A DNA stretch of 64,000 nt from Squalus acanthias (Eukaryota). Location: contig CM059425.1 in the NCBI GenBank assembly GCA_030390025.1, positions 170,626,001 through 170,690,000 of the forward strand, written 5' to 3'. The notes under the pieces were generated by a model. That model had not been told where the DNA came from and searched no databases. It saw nothing but the letters and a program-made list of their open reading frames with translations. Position 1 is the first letter of the stretch, and each line of letters starts with the position of its first letter. Positions 11,921-22,520 of the stretch are shown piece after piece. Position numbers and translations under genes: made by a program.

Positions 11921-13655
11921 GTTGGATAAAGGTCACCTGTGAAGTACCAGGGGACAATCTTGGAACCCGTGTTGTTTTTAATGATTTGGATGAGTAAAGC
12001 AACTGAAGTTTCCAAGATTGTGGACAAATAATGAGGAACTTTGCAACTAGATTCAGTAGGATTTAGATCATTTAGGAATTCCTGACAAATGCAATTCAAT
12101 GTAAATAGATATAAAATAATTAGTATGGAGCAAGGAACCAAAAGAGAGAAAATGCATTATATGAGCTACAGTACAGCATGCTGATCAGGAAAATGAGCTT
12201 GGAATGATGTTAGATAAATCAATAAAACCTTCAGCACAGTGCTTAACTGCAGTAAAAAAAAAAGGGAAATAAGGTCCTGCGTTTCATTAGCAGAGCAATA
12301 GGGTATAATTCTACAGAAGTTATACTATTATATATAATATATAAATGACCTGGATATTGGAATACAGAGTAGAATTTCTAAATTTGCCGATGGCACCAAA
12401 CTTGGGGGTGTGGCAAACAGTGAGGATGATACCAATCGACTGCAACAGAACATAGAAAGGCTAGCAGAATGGGCAGACAAGTGGCAGATGGAATTTAATA
12501 CAGAGAAGTGCGAGGTGATGCATTTTGGCAGAAGGAACAGGGAGAGGCAATATACACTTAATGGCACAGTTTTAAAGAGTGTGCAGGGACAGAGGGACCT
12601 GGGAGTTAAAGTACATAGGTCCCTTAAAGTGGCGGGACATATTGAGAGAGTGGTTAGCAAAGCATATGGGATCGTGGGCTTCATAAATAGAGGTATTGAG
12701 TACAAAAGTAGAGAAGTTATGCTGAACCTTTATAAAGCGCTGGTTAGGCCACAATTGGAGTATTGCATCCAGTTCTGGTCACCACACTTCAGGAAGGATG
12801 TGTAGGCCCTTGAGAGGGTGCAGAGGAGATTTACCAGAATGGTTCCGGGGATGGGGAATCTTAGCTACAAGGACAGGTTGGAGAAGCTGGATTTGTTTTC
12901 ATTAGAGCAAAGGAGTTTGAGGGGTGATTTGATAGAGGTGTACAAAATTATGGCGGGTTTGGATAGGCTAGACGGGGAAAGGCTGTTCCCACTAGTTGAT
13001 GGCACAAGGACCAGGGGACACAGATTTAAGGTTTTGGGCAAGAGATACAGGGGGGATGTGAGGAAAAACTTTTTACACAGCGAGTGGTGAGGACCTGGAA
13101 TTCGCTGCCGACGTAAGTGGTGGAGGCGGAGACACTCAGGGGGAAAAATTCAGTTGGTTGCGCCTCCCGTTAGCGCCTTAAGAGGGCGCTAATGGGGCGC
13201 AAAGCCGCTAGCGCCCGGGCGCAGCGATGTTTGCGCCGCTCGGGAACTTAACTAGACATTGTGCGGCGGCGCTAAACTTTACCGCCGCGACCACCTGCGC
13301 GCGCAGATTGTGACGTCATTCCCTGGTGCAACGCCCTTGTGGCGCCCCGGAGCGGAAATTGAGTGGCGCCCCCTGCCTTACCGCCTGGCGCATCCAACGA
13401 CCGGAAGACTGGAACACTATCAATCGCTGTGGGGCTGGGGGGGGGGGGCGCTATTTAAAGGGGGCCTCTTCCTGTCTTTTTCTGTGGTTGACATTTTTGC
13501 ACCACTCGTTCGGAGAGAGAGAGAGAGAGTCGGAGAGAGAGAGAAAGAGAGACTTCTGCATTGAGTCAACGCTTTGTGAGGTAGTTTTGCCTACTGATCC
13601 TAACTTCGCTGGTACTTTGGTTGCTGTCCTTCATAACTTTGCTTGCAAAGAGACT

Positions 13656-14801
13656 ATGGGGGCTGCACTGAATGGGGGCGTCGTCCTGCTCCAGCTGAAT
13701 CGGAGGACACAGAGACGCAGAGAGAGAGTGGCAATGATGGCCAGACGGAGGAGGGCCAACAGGCGTCTGTACAGGAGAGCCTACCCTCCCAGGGTATATC
13801 GTGAACAGCTCTCCTACATTCATATGTCTGAGGAGCTGTGTTTGCGAAGGCTGCGATTCAGCAAGGAGGTGGTCACTGAGCTCTGCCACCTGCTGCAGCC
13901 AGATCTGCAGCCTCAACTGAGGTCCAGGACGTCTCTGTCGGTGGCAGTGAAGGTCACAGTGGCTCTCAACTTCTATGCTACTGGCTCATTTCAAGCTGCT
14001 GCTGGGGACCTCGCCAATATCTCCCAGTTCGCGGTGCATTGCTGCATCCGGCAGGTCACAAATGCCCTCTTTAAAAGGAGACGAGAGTTCATCTCTTTCC
14101 CCATGACCCTAGACAAGCAGCGTGACCGCGCTCTGGGCTTTGCGAGGATAGCGGGCTTCCCCATGGTGCAGGGCGCCATTGACTGCACGCATGTGGCTTT
14201 GCGTGCTCCACATGAGAATGCTGAGGATTTCCGGAACAGAAAGGGGTTCCATTCCTTGAATGTTCAGTTGGTCTGTGACCACAGACAGCTGATACTCGCT
14301 GTCAATGCCCACTATCCTGGCAGCTGCCACGATGCTTTCATCCTGCGCCAGAACTTTGAGGCACCGCATCAGCCAGTTGGTTGGCTTCTCGGGGACAAGG
14401 GGTATGCATTGAGCACCTGGCTGATGACACCGCTCCGTACGCCCAACACCCCTGCTGAGCTGCGGTACAACGAGAGCCATCAAGCTACCAGGAACATCAT
14501 TGAGCGCACAATCGGCGTGCTGAAGCAACGGTTCCGCTGTCTCGACCATTCTGGAGGAGCCCTGCAGTACTCGCCTGAGCGAGTATCCAACTTCGTAGTT
14601 GTGTGCTGCATGTTGCATAACATGGCAATCGTCAGGACCCAGCCAATGCCACCAGGCCTTGGAGCACCACCAGAGGAGGAGGAGGAAGAGGAGGAAGAGG
14701 ACGAGGAGGATGATCATCAGCAGCACCAAGGCGGGAGGGCGGCCCACAATGGTGAAACTGCAAGGGCCGTCCGTCAACGGCTGATAGCAAGCCGCTTCTA
14801 G
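13656..14801 (+). CDS. Harbinger DDE transposase (HARBI1-like, DDE_Tnp_4), 381 aa from ATG 13656, uninterrupted
   Basis: LRFSKE...VKVTVALNFYATGSFQ (HTH region), GFPMVQGAIDCTH, RNRKGFHSLNVQLVCD, YPGSCHDAFIL, WLLGDKGY, YNESHQATRNIIERTIGVLKQRFRCL, CCMLHN, followed by an acidic tail. Confidence 0.95.
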   Translation: MGAALNGGVVLLQLNRRTQRRRERVAMMARRRRANRRLYRRAYPPRVYREQLSYIHMSEELCLRRLRFSKEVVTELCHLLQPDLQPQLRSRTSLSVAVKVTVALNFYATGSFQAAAGDLANISQFAVHCCIRQVTNALFKRRREFISFPMTLDKQRDRALGFARIAGFPMVQGAIDCTHVALRAPHENAEDFRNRKGFHSLNVQLVCDHRQLILAVNAHYPGSCHDAFILRQNFEAPHQPVGWLLGDKGYALSTWLMTPLRTPNTPAELRYNESHQATRNIIERTIGVLKQRFRCLDHSGGALQYSPERVSNFVVVCCMLHNMAIVRTQPMPPGLGAPPEEEEEEEEEDEEDDHQQHQGGRAAHNGETARAVRQRLIASRF

Positions 14802-15046
14802 GGCCCCTGCTGTGGAAATGGCTTCTGCCATTGCTAACAACATCAATGAACCCAGCACGCAACCCCTAAGCCGGCCAAGGCACCAATGATACCAAACACC
14901 AAACATGTATATTTTGAATACAAAAACTTATTTATTTTACAAACTCTGTGTGTGTCATTTCCTCATGACAAACTCATAGAAATAAACACAAAAAAACAGT
15001 CATTAACATAACTGGTTCTTACAACCTGGAGATAATGTCCAAAACA

Positions 15047-16932
15047 CTAGACAAAAGTTGAACCACGAACCTCGGCCTTTAATAAAAAAATGACCAGCAT
15101 TTTGTCACACCTCCTACTTTTTGCCCTTCGAGGGTGATCTCCTTCCCTTGCGCACTTCCCCCCTTCTAACCCTACTGCTCCTCCGTAATGGGACCTCAGT
15201 GGCTGCAGCAAGGCTTTGGAAGGCTGCTGATTGTCAGACCCTGACACTGCAGATGCCCCTGAAGGACGGCCTCGACCACTTCTGGGCCTGGAGGGCCCGG
15301 CTGCAGACTGCACCAACTCTGCATGGGCGGCAGCAGTCTGTCCTACAGGCGGTGGCAAGTGCAGTGGAGAAGTGACAGTGTTGGCAGCAGGAATGCTGTC
15401 ATCGTGAGAGAGGACAGCAATTCCCTGCTCGACCGACACACTGGCACTCCCACGGGGCAGCACTTCAGCATCCGGAGCAATCTGCTGGAGCACAGATTGC
15501 TGGCCTGCTGCGGCGCGGTGAGAGCCCCGGGGACATGTGAATGAACCATCGAGATTGGCAGCAGTCAGTGCTCGCGTGGCCTCAATCTGAGTCTGCATGA
15601 GAGCAGTCAGAGATGGGATCACGGCAGTCAGTGACTGAATTGCAGCACTAAGCTTTAGTGTGGCATCCGCCTGTGCTACAGCGAAGTGCTCCACACTCCT
15701 TGCCAGTGACTCAATGCATTCGGGCACCCTTCCCACTGCACCCATGAGCTCAGTGTGCATGCCCACCGCCTGGGTGTTCATTTCTGCGATCAGCCGCTCC
15801 TCCTCTGCGTCCATTGCAGTAGGAGTGTCTGGCATACTCTCCCTCTGGGGAGAAGGCTCCCGTTCTTCCCTACCCCCATGGCGATGCTGCAGCCCGCTGG
15901 GTCCTGGAGCTTCACCCTCATCAGACCCTTCCCCCCTGCTCCCCTCCAGGGAAGGCGTGTTCCCAGTGTGGGCATGGGTTTCCTCGGGAGAGGGTGGCAC
16001 TGATGCTCCGGCTTCCTCTTCCTCCTCGGCTGCAGCTTCACTCCCACTGGCAGCTTCAGGGCCCGTCTCCTCAGCTGGTGAATCACCATCTGAAAGCAGG
16101 GAGGTACAAGAGTGGCTTTAGCATGAGGACAGGGTGGCAGTAAGGGAGGAATAAGTGCAGCGAGTTAGCAAGTTGGATTGAAAGTGTCAAAGGCTGGTGT
16201 TGTGAGGGACAAGTGGAAGGACAGAGGACAAAAAGGTGATGACCTTACCATTGCTGTCCAGAACGGGGTCAGCGTCTCCAGTGGCGACGGGACCGATCAC
16301 CCGGCTTGCCACAATCCTGTGGACGCGCTCCTCAAGATCGCTGAGGGGTTGCAGCTGAGGCCGCCCTCCACCTGTCCGTTGCTGCTGTCTCCTATTATGC
16401 GCCAGCTTGGCCTGCAAAAAAAAGGACAGCATCTGAGTAAATATACAGCCATGGTCTTGCCTGATGTGCCTCCCATAGGTGAATAGCCCTTACTGCATGC
16501 AGCCATGGTCTTGCCTGATGTGCCTCCCATAGGTGAATAGCCCTTACTGTATGCAAAGTGTGGAATGTGTGTGTGTGTTTCATGAAAGGGCCATAGGTGT
16601 TGGATGAGTGTTGTGCATTGGGGTTTTAAGACCCTCTGGCCATAGAGTGAGGTTGAGATGGAGGGATGGAGAGGTATTGAGAAAAAGCCACTCACCCTGA
16701 CGACCCGAGTGAGGTCGTTGAACTTTTTGCGGCATTGAACATGGGTCCTGGGCACCATGCTCCTGGAGGAGACGCTCTGAGCCACCTCCCTCCACACTCT
16801 TCTGTACTCGCGTGGCAAAGGCCTCCTGCCACTCTCAGAGAAGAGTATAGATCTTCTGCGCTCCACCGCGCCAACCAGAGCATCCAAGGCCCACTCGGTG
16901 AAGCGCTGAGCTCGTTCTCTCACCCTCTCCAT
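15047..16932 (-). CDS. Harbinger Myb/SANT-like DNA-binding partner protein; exons 16932-16696, 16411-16249, 16089-15047 (480 aa as spliced; probable 1-nt deletion near 15215)
   Basis: Exon 1 is MERVRERAQRFTEWALDALVGAVERRRSILF...VWREVAQSV...RTHVQCRKKFNDL. Splice sites are canonical (AGG|GTGAGT, ttttttttgcag|GCC, G|GTAAGG, ctgctttcag|AT). The phases (0, 1) join in frame into ORF 15047..16000, for 1443 nt in total. Confidence 0.85.
16446..16553. repeat. 54-bp tandem duplication within intron 1 of the Myb gene
   Basis: cagccatggtcttgcctgatgtgcctcccataggtgaatagcccttactg(c/t)atg occurs at 16446 and 16500. Confidence 0.93.
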
Positions 16933-17449
16933 CCTTGGCAGCAAAATGGATTCACAGGTCTCTCCAGGCCGAGATTCAAGGCTGCAGTGAGCAGGGTGTG
17001 GCTGGGGGGCAAGTTGGCCCCCCCCTTTAAGAACTGGCTGGCGCCAGTGTGTCTGTGTTCCCTCGCTAACTGGCAGCACCTGCGCTGCGCTCGCGCGCTG
17101 AGTTAGCGCCTCACTGCTCGGCCTTTGCGCCTTAAGACAGGTGTGCAGCGCCTGATTTAGCGCTCCACTCACCTCCCGGGGCGGTAAAAGTGAAGTTTCC
17201 AGTCAGTGGCGATAATTAGCGCCAGGTGCTAATTTTTGCGTCCAGACGATATTTGCGCCCCAAACGGGGCGCGACCTAATTTTTCCCCCTCAATGTTTTC
17301 AAGGGGAGACTGGATAGGCACTTGAGGGAAATAAACTTGCAGGGCTACGGGGATAGAGCGGGGGAATGGGACTGACTGGATTGTTCTACAGAGAGCCGGC
17401 ATAGACTCGATGGGCCGAATGGCCTCCTTCTGTGCCGTTATGACTATGA

Positions 17450-18097
17450 CATAAAAATTTGGTTGATTTGAGCCTCTAGCAGCTAGCGCCTGGGCGTGGC
17501 ACTGCCAACGCCTCCCGCGACATTCAGCGGCGGCGGTAACCGTTAGCGCCCCGCGGCGCTGCACCGCCGATGATGTCATCGCCGTGCGCAGCGCCCCGCT
17601 CGCGATCTTCGGTAGCTATGTCTGACAGGGTCAGGGGGGCCTACCTGCGGCCAGGGCGGCGCAAATTAAAGGGGAGGTGCCAGGCGGCCATTTTTGTTGC
17701 TGGCCGCCTGCCAGCAACTGCCCCCTCTGCCATCCCCAGCCTCCTCTGCAGCACCCCCCCGTGGAGTGCCGGCTGCGCTCCGTGAGCCCGGCACTTCGAG
17801 TGCTGAGCTCTTTTGCCAGCATTCCGATCCCTGGTGGCCCAGCTGGGCCCTGGTTCGTGCTGCGCTGGGCCCCTCCCCTTTAATAAGGGGAGGAAGGCCT
17901 GCAGTACCGCGGCGCGACGTAGTGCCACGATATTCACTCGCAGCGCCCCAAGAGGGAGGCTGGGCGCTTCCAGTAGCACCCCGCCTCCCTCTTGGGGCGC
18001 TACCGGTGAATTTCGGCCGCGGGGGCACTAATATTTTCAGGGCGCTAAAAGTAGCGAAGTTAGTGCCCCAAAGGGGGCGCGACTCAATTTTTCCCCC
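17450..18097. mobile_element. Harbinger-type MITE (GC-rich), related to 29307-29772 and 35596-36214
   Basis: Right end aatttttccccc at 18086-18097. Shares the internal block caaattaaaggggaggtgcc.ggcggccatttttgttgctggccgcctgccagca with 29590-29645. Confidence 0.8.
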
Positions 18098-19185
18098 ATG
18101 GCTATTGTTTTATAATATGCTGAACAGCCCCCTTCTGGTGTACTGTGTGCAGTTCTAGCATAGGAAGGCGGGATTGTCCGTGGTACAGAGGTGAGCAGCA
18201 AAGTTGATTCTGATTATGAGGATTTAAGTAATTATGAAAGACGAGAGGAGATTACAAGGTGAACTAATTAAAGTTTTGAAGATTATGAAGGGAACCAGGC
18301 AATTTGTTCACTATAGTGAAGGGTTCACATACTAAGGCACACAAGTTAAAAATTAAACGTTTAGTTTTGCAAATATTTGTTACTTCATTCACAAATTATT
18401 TTTTTACACTATTGCCTGAATTCATGCAATTTATAGTGATAGAAGGGAAAGAGAAAAAAAATCTCACTCTCCTGTTAATCCCAATGAATTGGACACATTA
18501 AAACTATTGTACAAAATCAATAAAGTATTGGCAACAGCGAAGTTCAAAATAAGAAAGGAAATCAGGCAGAACTTTATCACCTAAAGAGTAATAAAATTAT
18601 AGAATAAGTGTCTAGGTGAGCCCATTAAAGCAGACATTGTAAATGGGTTTGAAGGATAATTAGATGTGATTCTGGCGAGCGAAGGGCTTTGGTGATAATG
18701 TAAGCAGGTGGTTTAATCAATGAAACATGGATGGCTTCTTCAAGCATGGTGGCTTTTTCCTCTTCCTAAACATGCGGATACTGTTTAACTAAATTTTCAT
18801 TAATGTTTTTATTCCCTATTCATATATTCTTAGTATTGCTGTAAAGGTAAACTCCATGTTCAGATTGGAATCTGGTTCTTCACATTTTGAGCAGACTGAC
18901 AGATTAAAATACAAAGGCAGAAAGAAAAGCATATTGATCTCTGTGGCTAGGTTATGTTGATTGGTTTAAAGTCTGTAAACTTGAGAGCGATATTATACAA
19001 TGTTCAACAGCAATATTTTTGTTCCCAAATTTTGTTTCTCACGAGTCCTTCCAGGAGAATAACAATAAGTATTCGGCCTGGTATCCCTATTAATATTTAA
19101 AAACAAATAAAAAACTTAGACAAAGATCTCATCACTACTATAAATATGGCCAATCTATTCTCTTTACTGAATTTGCTTCACTGAT

Positions 19186-22100
19186 TAGCGGGAACGGTAT
19201 GTTACTGGACTAGTAATCCAGAGGCCTGGACTAATGATCTGGAGACGTGAGTTCAAATCCCGCCACGGCAGCTGGGGAATTTAAATTCAGTTAATTAAAT
19301 AAATCTGGAATAAAAAGCTAGTGGTGACCATGAAACTATCGGATTGTCGTAAAAACCCATCTGGTTCACTATTGTCCTTTAAGGAGGGAAATCTGCCGTC
19401 CTTACCTGGTCGGGCCTATATGTGACTCCAGACCCACAGCAATGTGGTTGACTCTTAACTGCCCGCTGAAATGGCCTAGCAAATCACTCAGTTGTAAAAA
19501 ACCGCTACTAAGAATAAAACAGGACGGACCACCCGGCATCGACCCCGGCACCAGCTACAGACACGACAATGGCACACTCAGCCCAGTCGACCCTGCAAAG
19601 TCCTCCTCACCAACATCTGGGGACTTGTGCCAAAATTGTCCCACAGACTAGTCAAGCAACAACCTGACATAGTCATACTCACAGAATAGGGAATAGAAAC
19701 ATTAATGGAAATTTAGTTAAACACTCCCAAACTCCTCCATCACCATCCCTGGGTATGTCCTGTCCCACCGGCAGGACAGGTGGTGGCACAACATTGACTC
19801 TGGACCCCATGAAGTCTCATGGCTTTAGGTCAAGCATGGGCAAGGAAACCTCCTGCTGATTACCACCTACCGCCCTCCCTCAGCTGATGAATCAGTACTT
19901 CTCCATGTTGAACACCACTTAGAAGAAGCACTGAGAGTAGCAAGGGCACAGAATGTACTCGGTAGTACCACTACTGACCGAGCTGGCCGAGTCCTGAAGG
20001 ACATAACTGTCAGTCTGGGCCTGTGACAGGTGGTGAGAGAACCAACACGAGGGAAAAACCTACTTGACCTCGTCCTCACCAATCTACCTGTCGCAGATGT
20101 ATCTGTCCATGACAGCTTTGGTAGCAGTGACCGTCCTTGTGGAGAGGAAGTCCCGTCATGTTGTGTGGCACTACCACCGTGTTAAATGGAATAGATTCAG
20201 AACAGATCTAGCAGCTCAAAACTGGGCATTCATGAGGCGCTGTGGGCCATCAGCAGCAGCAGAATTGTATTCCACCACAATCTGTAACCTCATGGCCCGG
20301 CATATCCCTCACTCTACCATTACCATCAAGCCAGGGGACCGACCCTGGTTCAAGGAGGAGTGTAGAAGAGCATGCCAGGAGCAGCACCAGGCGCACCTAA
20401 AAATGTGGTGCCAACCTGGGGAAGCTGCAACACAGGACTACATGCATGCTAAAAAGCGGAAGCAGCATGCTATAGACAGAGCTAGGCGATCCCACAATCA
20501 ACAGATCAAATCAAAGCACTGCAATCCTGCCACATCCAGTCGTGAATGGTGGTGGACCATTAAACAACTAACGGAAGGAGGAGGCTCCATGAATATCCCC
20601 ATCCTCAATGATGGCGGAGCCCAGCACGTGAGTACAAAAGACAAAGTTGAAGCATTTGAAACCATCTTCAGCCAGAAGTGCCGAGCGGATGATCCATATC
20701 TGCCTCCTCCTGAGGTCCCCACCACCACAGAAGCCAGTCTTCAGCCAATTCGATTCACTCCACGTGATATCAAGAAACGGCTGAGCGCACTGGATAGAGC
20801 AAAGTCCCGACAACATCCCGGCTGTCATGCTGAAGACTTGTGCTCTAGAACTAGCCGTGCCACTAGCCAAGCTGTTCCAGTACAACTATAACACTGGCAT
20901 CTATCCGACAATGTGGAAAACTGCCCAGGTATGTCTTGTCCACAAAAAGCAGGACAAATCCAATCCGGTCAATTACAGTCTACTCTCAATCATCAGCAAA
21001 GTGATAGAAGGTGTTGTCGATAGTGCTATCAAGCAGCACTTACTCACCAATAACCTGCTCACTGATGTCCAGTTTGGATTCCGCCGGGAGCACTCGGCTA
21101 TAGACCTCATTACAGCCTGGGTCCAAACATGGACAAAAGAGTTGAATTCCAGAGGTGAGGTGAGAGTGACTGCCCTTGACAACAAGGCAGCATTTGACTG
21201 AGTGTGGCATCAAGGAGCCCTAGTAAAACTGAAGTCAATGGGAATCAGGGGAAAAACTCTCCACTGGCTGGAGTCATACCTAGCACAAAGGAAGATGGTT
21301 GTGGTGGTTGGAGGTCAATCATCACAGCCCCAGGACATCACTGCAGGAGTTCCTCAGGGCAGTGTCCTAGGCCCAACCATCTTCAGCTGCTTCATCAATG
21401 ACCCTCCCTCCATTATAAGGTCAGAAGTGGGGATGTTCGCTGATGACTGCACAGTGTTCAGTGCGATTCGCAACTCCTCAGATAATGAAGCAGTCCGTGC
21501 CTGCATGCAGCAAGACCTGGATGACATTCAGGCTTGGGCTGATAATTGGCAGGTAACATTCGCGCCACACAAGTGCCAGGCAATGACTATCTCCAACAAA
21601 CAAGCGTCTAACCACCGCCCCTTGACATTCAACAGCATTACCATCACCGAATCCCCCACTATCAATATCCTGGGGGGTTACCATTGACCAGAAACTTAAC
21701 TGGACCAGCCACATAAATACTGTGGCAACAAGAGCAGATCAGAAGCTGGGTATTCTGCGGCGAGTGTCTCACCTCCTGACTCCCCAAAGCCTTTCCACCA
21801 TCTACAAGGCACAAGTAGGGAGTGTGATGGAATACTCTCCACTTGCCTGGATGAGTGCAGCTCCAACAACACTCAAGAAGCTCAACACCATCCAGGACAA
21901 AGCAGCCCACTTGATTGGCACCCCATCCACCACCTTAAACATTAACTCCCTCCACCACCAGCATACCGTGGCTGCAGTGCGTACCATCTACAAGATGCAC
22001 TGCAGCAACTCGCCAAGGCTTCTTCAACAGTGCCTCTCAAACCCGCGACCTCTACCACCTCGAAGGACAAGGGCAGCAGGCGCACGGGAACACCACCACC

Positions 22101-22342
22101 TCCAAGTTCCCCTCCAAGTCAGACACCATCCTTACTTGGAAGTATATCGCGGTTCCTTCATCGTCGCTAGGTCAAAATCCTGGAACTCCCTACCTAACAG
22201 CACTGTGGGAGTACCTTCACCACACGGACTGCAGCGATTCAAGAAGGCGGCTCACCACCACCTTCTTAAGGGCAACTAGGGATGGGCAATAAATGCTGGC
22301 CTTGCCAGCGACGCTCACATCCCATGAACGAATATAAAAAAA
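19186..22342 (+). mobile_element. Single-ORF non-LTR retrotransposon (APE + RT, clade unresolved) with tRNA-derived 5' head, frameshifted
   Basis: Head with A-box-like tagcgggaacgg, anticodon arm ctgga-ctagtaa-tccag and B-box gttcaaatcc. EN motifs TNIWGL, TYRPPS and EPTRGKNLLDLVLTN. RT motifs ALDNKAAFD, GVPQGSVLGP and MFADD. The 3' end has aataaa and an A-rich tail at 22333-22342. Confidence 0.85.
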
Positions 22343-22345
22343 TAG

Positions 22346-22520
22346 CGGTTGAATATCTGTGGGCTTTCTCCCAATCATTCGCAGTCACTTTGACAGGAGA
22401 TCTGCGGAAACCCCTGAGAAACTATGGAAATGGTATTCATGCTGTTTCTCTAGGGTTTCCACAGATCTTTCAGTGAAGTTCCAGAGGATGATCAGGAGAA
22501 ACCCCGCAGAAATTCAATCC
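22346..22520. mobile_element. Short palindromic MITE
   Basis: Ends cggttgaatatctgtgggctttctcc / ggagaaaccccgcagaaattcaatcc are imperfect inverted repeats, and the internal halves are also inverted. Similar to 51354-51533. Confidence 0.65.

Larger units (their letters stand above)
13139..17289 (+). mobile_element. Full-length PIF/Harbinger DNA transposon (4151 bp) with convergent transposase and Myb/SANT genes
   Basis: Perfect 12-bp TIR GGGGGAAAAATT (13139-13150 / 17278-17289), TSD TCA (13136-13138 / 17290-17292) and two convergent genes. The empty site restores the CR1 sequence gagacactcaatgttttcaagg. Confidence 0.96.
12330..17450 (+). mobile_element. 5'-truncated CR1 LINE (RT C-terminus + 3'UTR), split by the Harbinger at 13139-17289
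   Basis: ORFs 12410..12805 and 12818..13090 (WQMEFNTEKCEVMHFG...LVRPQLEYCIQFWSP, RGDLIEVYKI). The 3'UTR continues after 17292 to gggccgaatggcctccttctgtg. Confidence 0.88.

Noticed and set aside
13326..13655. N-terminal extension of the 491-aa ORF
   Set aside because: Starts at GTG and runs through subterminal and (GA)n sequence. ATG 13656 is the more plausible start.
13656..14801. Host HARBI1 gene
   Set aside because: It lies within TIRs and a TSD, is paired with a Myb gene and is inserted in a CR1, so it is a transposon ORF rather than the domesticated gene.
14109..14906. 265-aa antisense ORF with hydrophobic stretch
   Set aside because: Shadow of the transposase. The hydrophobic run is the reverse complement of the Glu/Asp tail.
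19186..19270. Functional tRNA-Thr gene
   Set aside because: The variable region is expanded by a duplicated arm, there is no clear acceptor stem or terminator, and it is contiguous with a retroelement.
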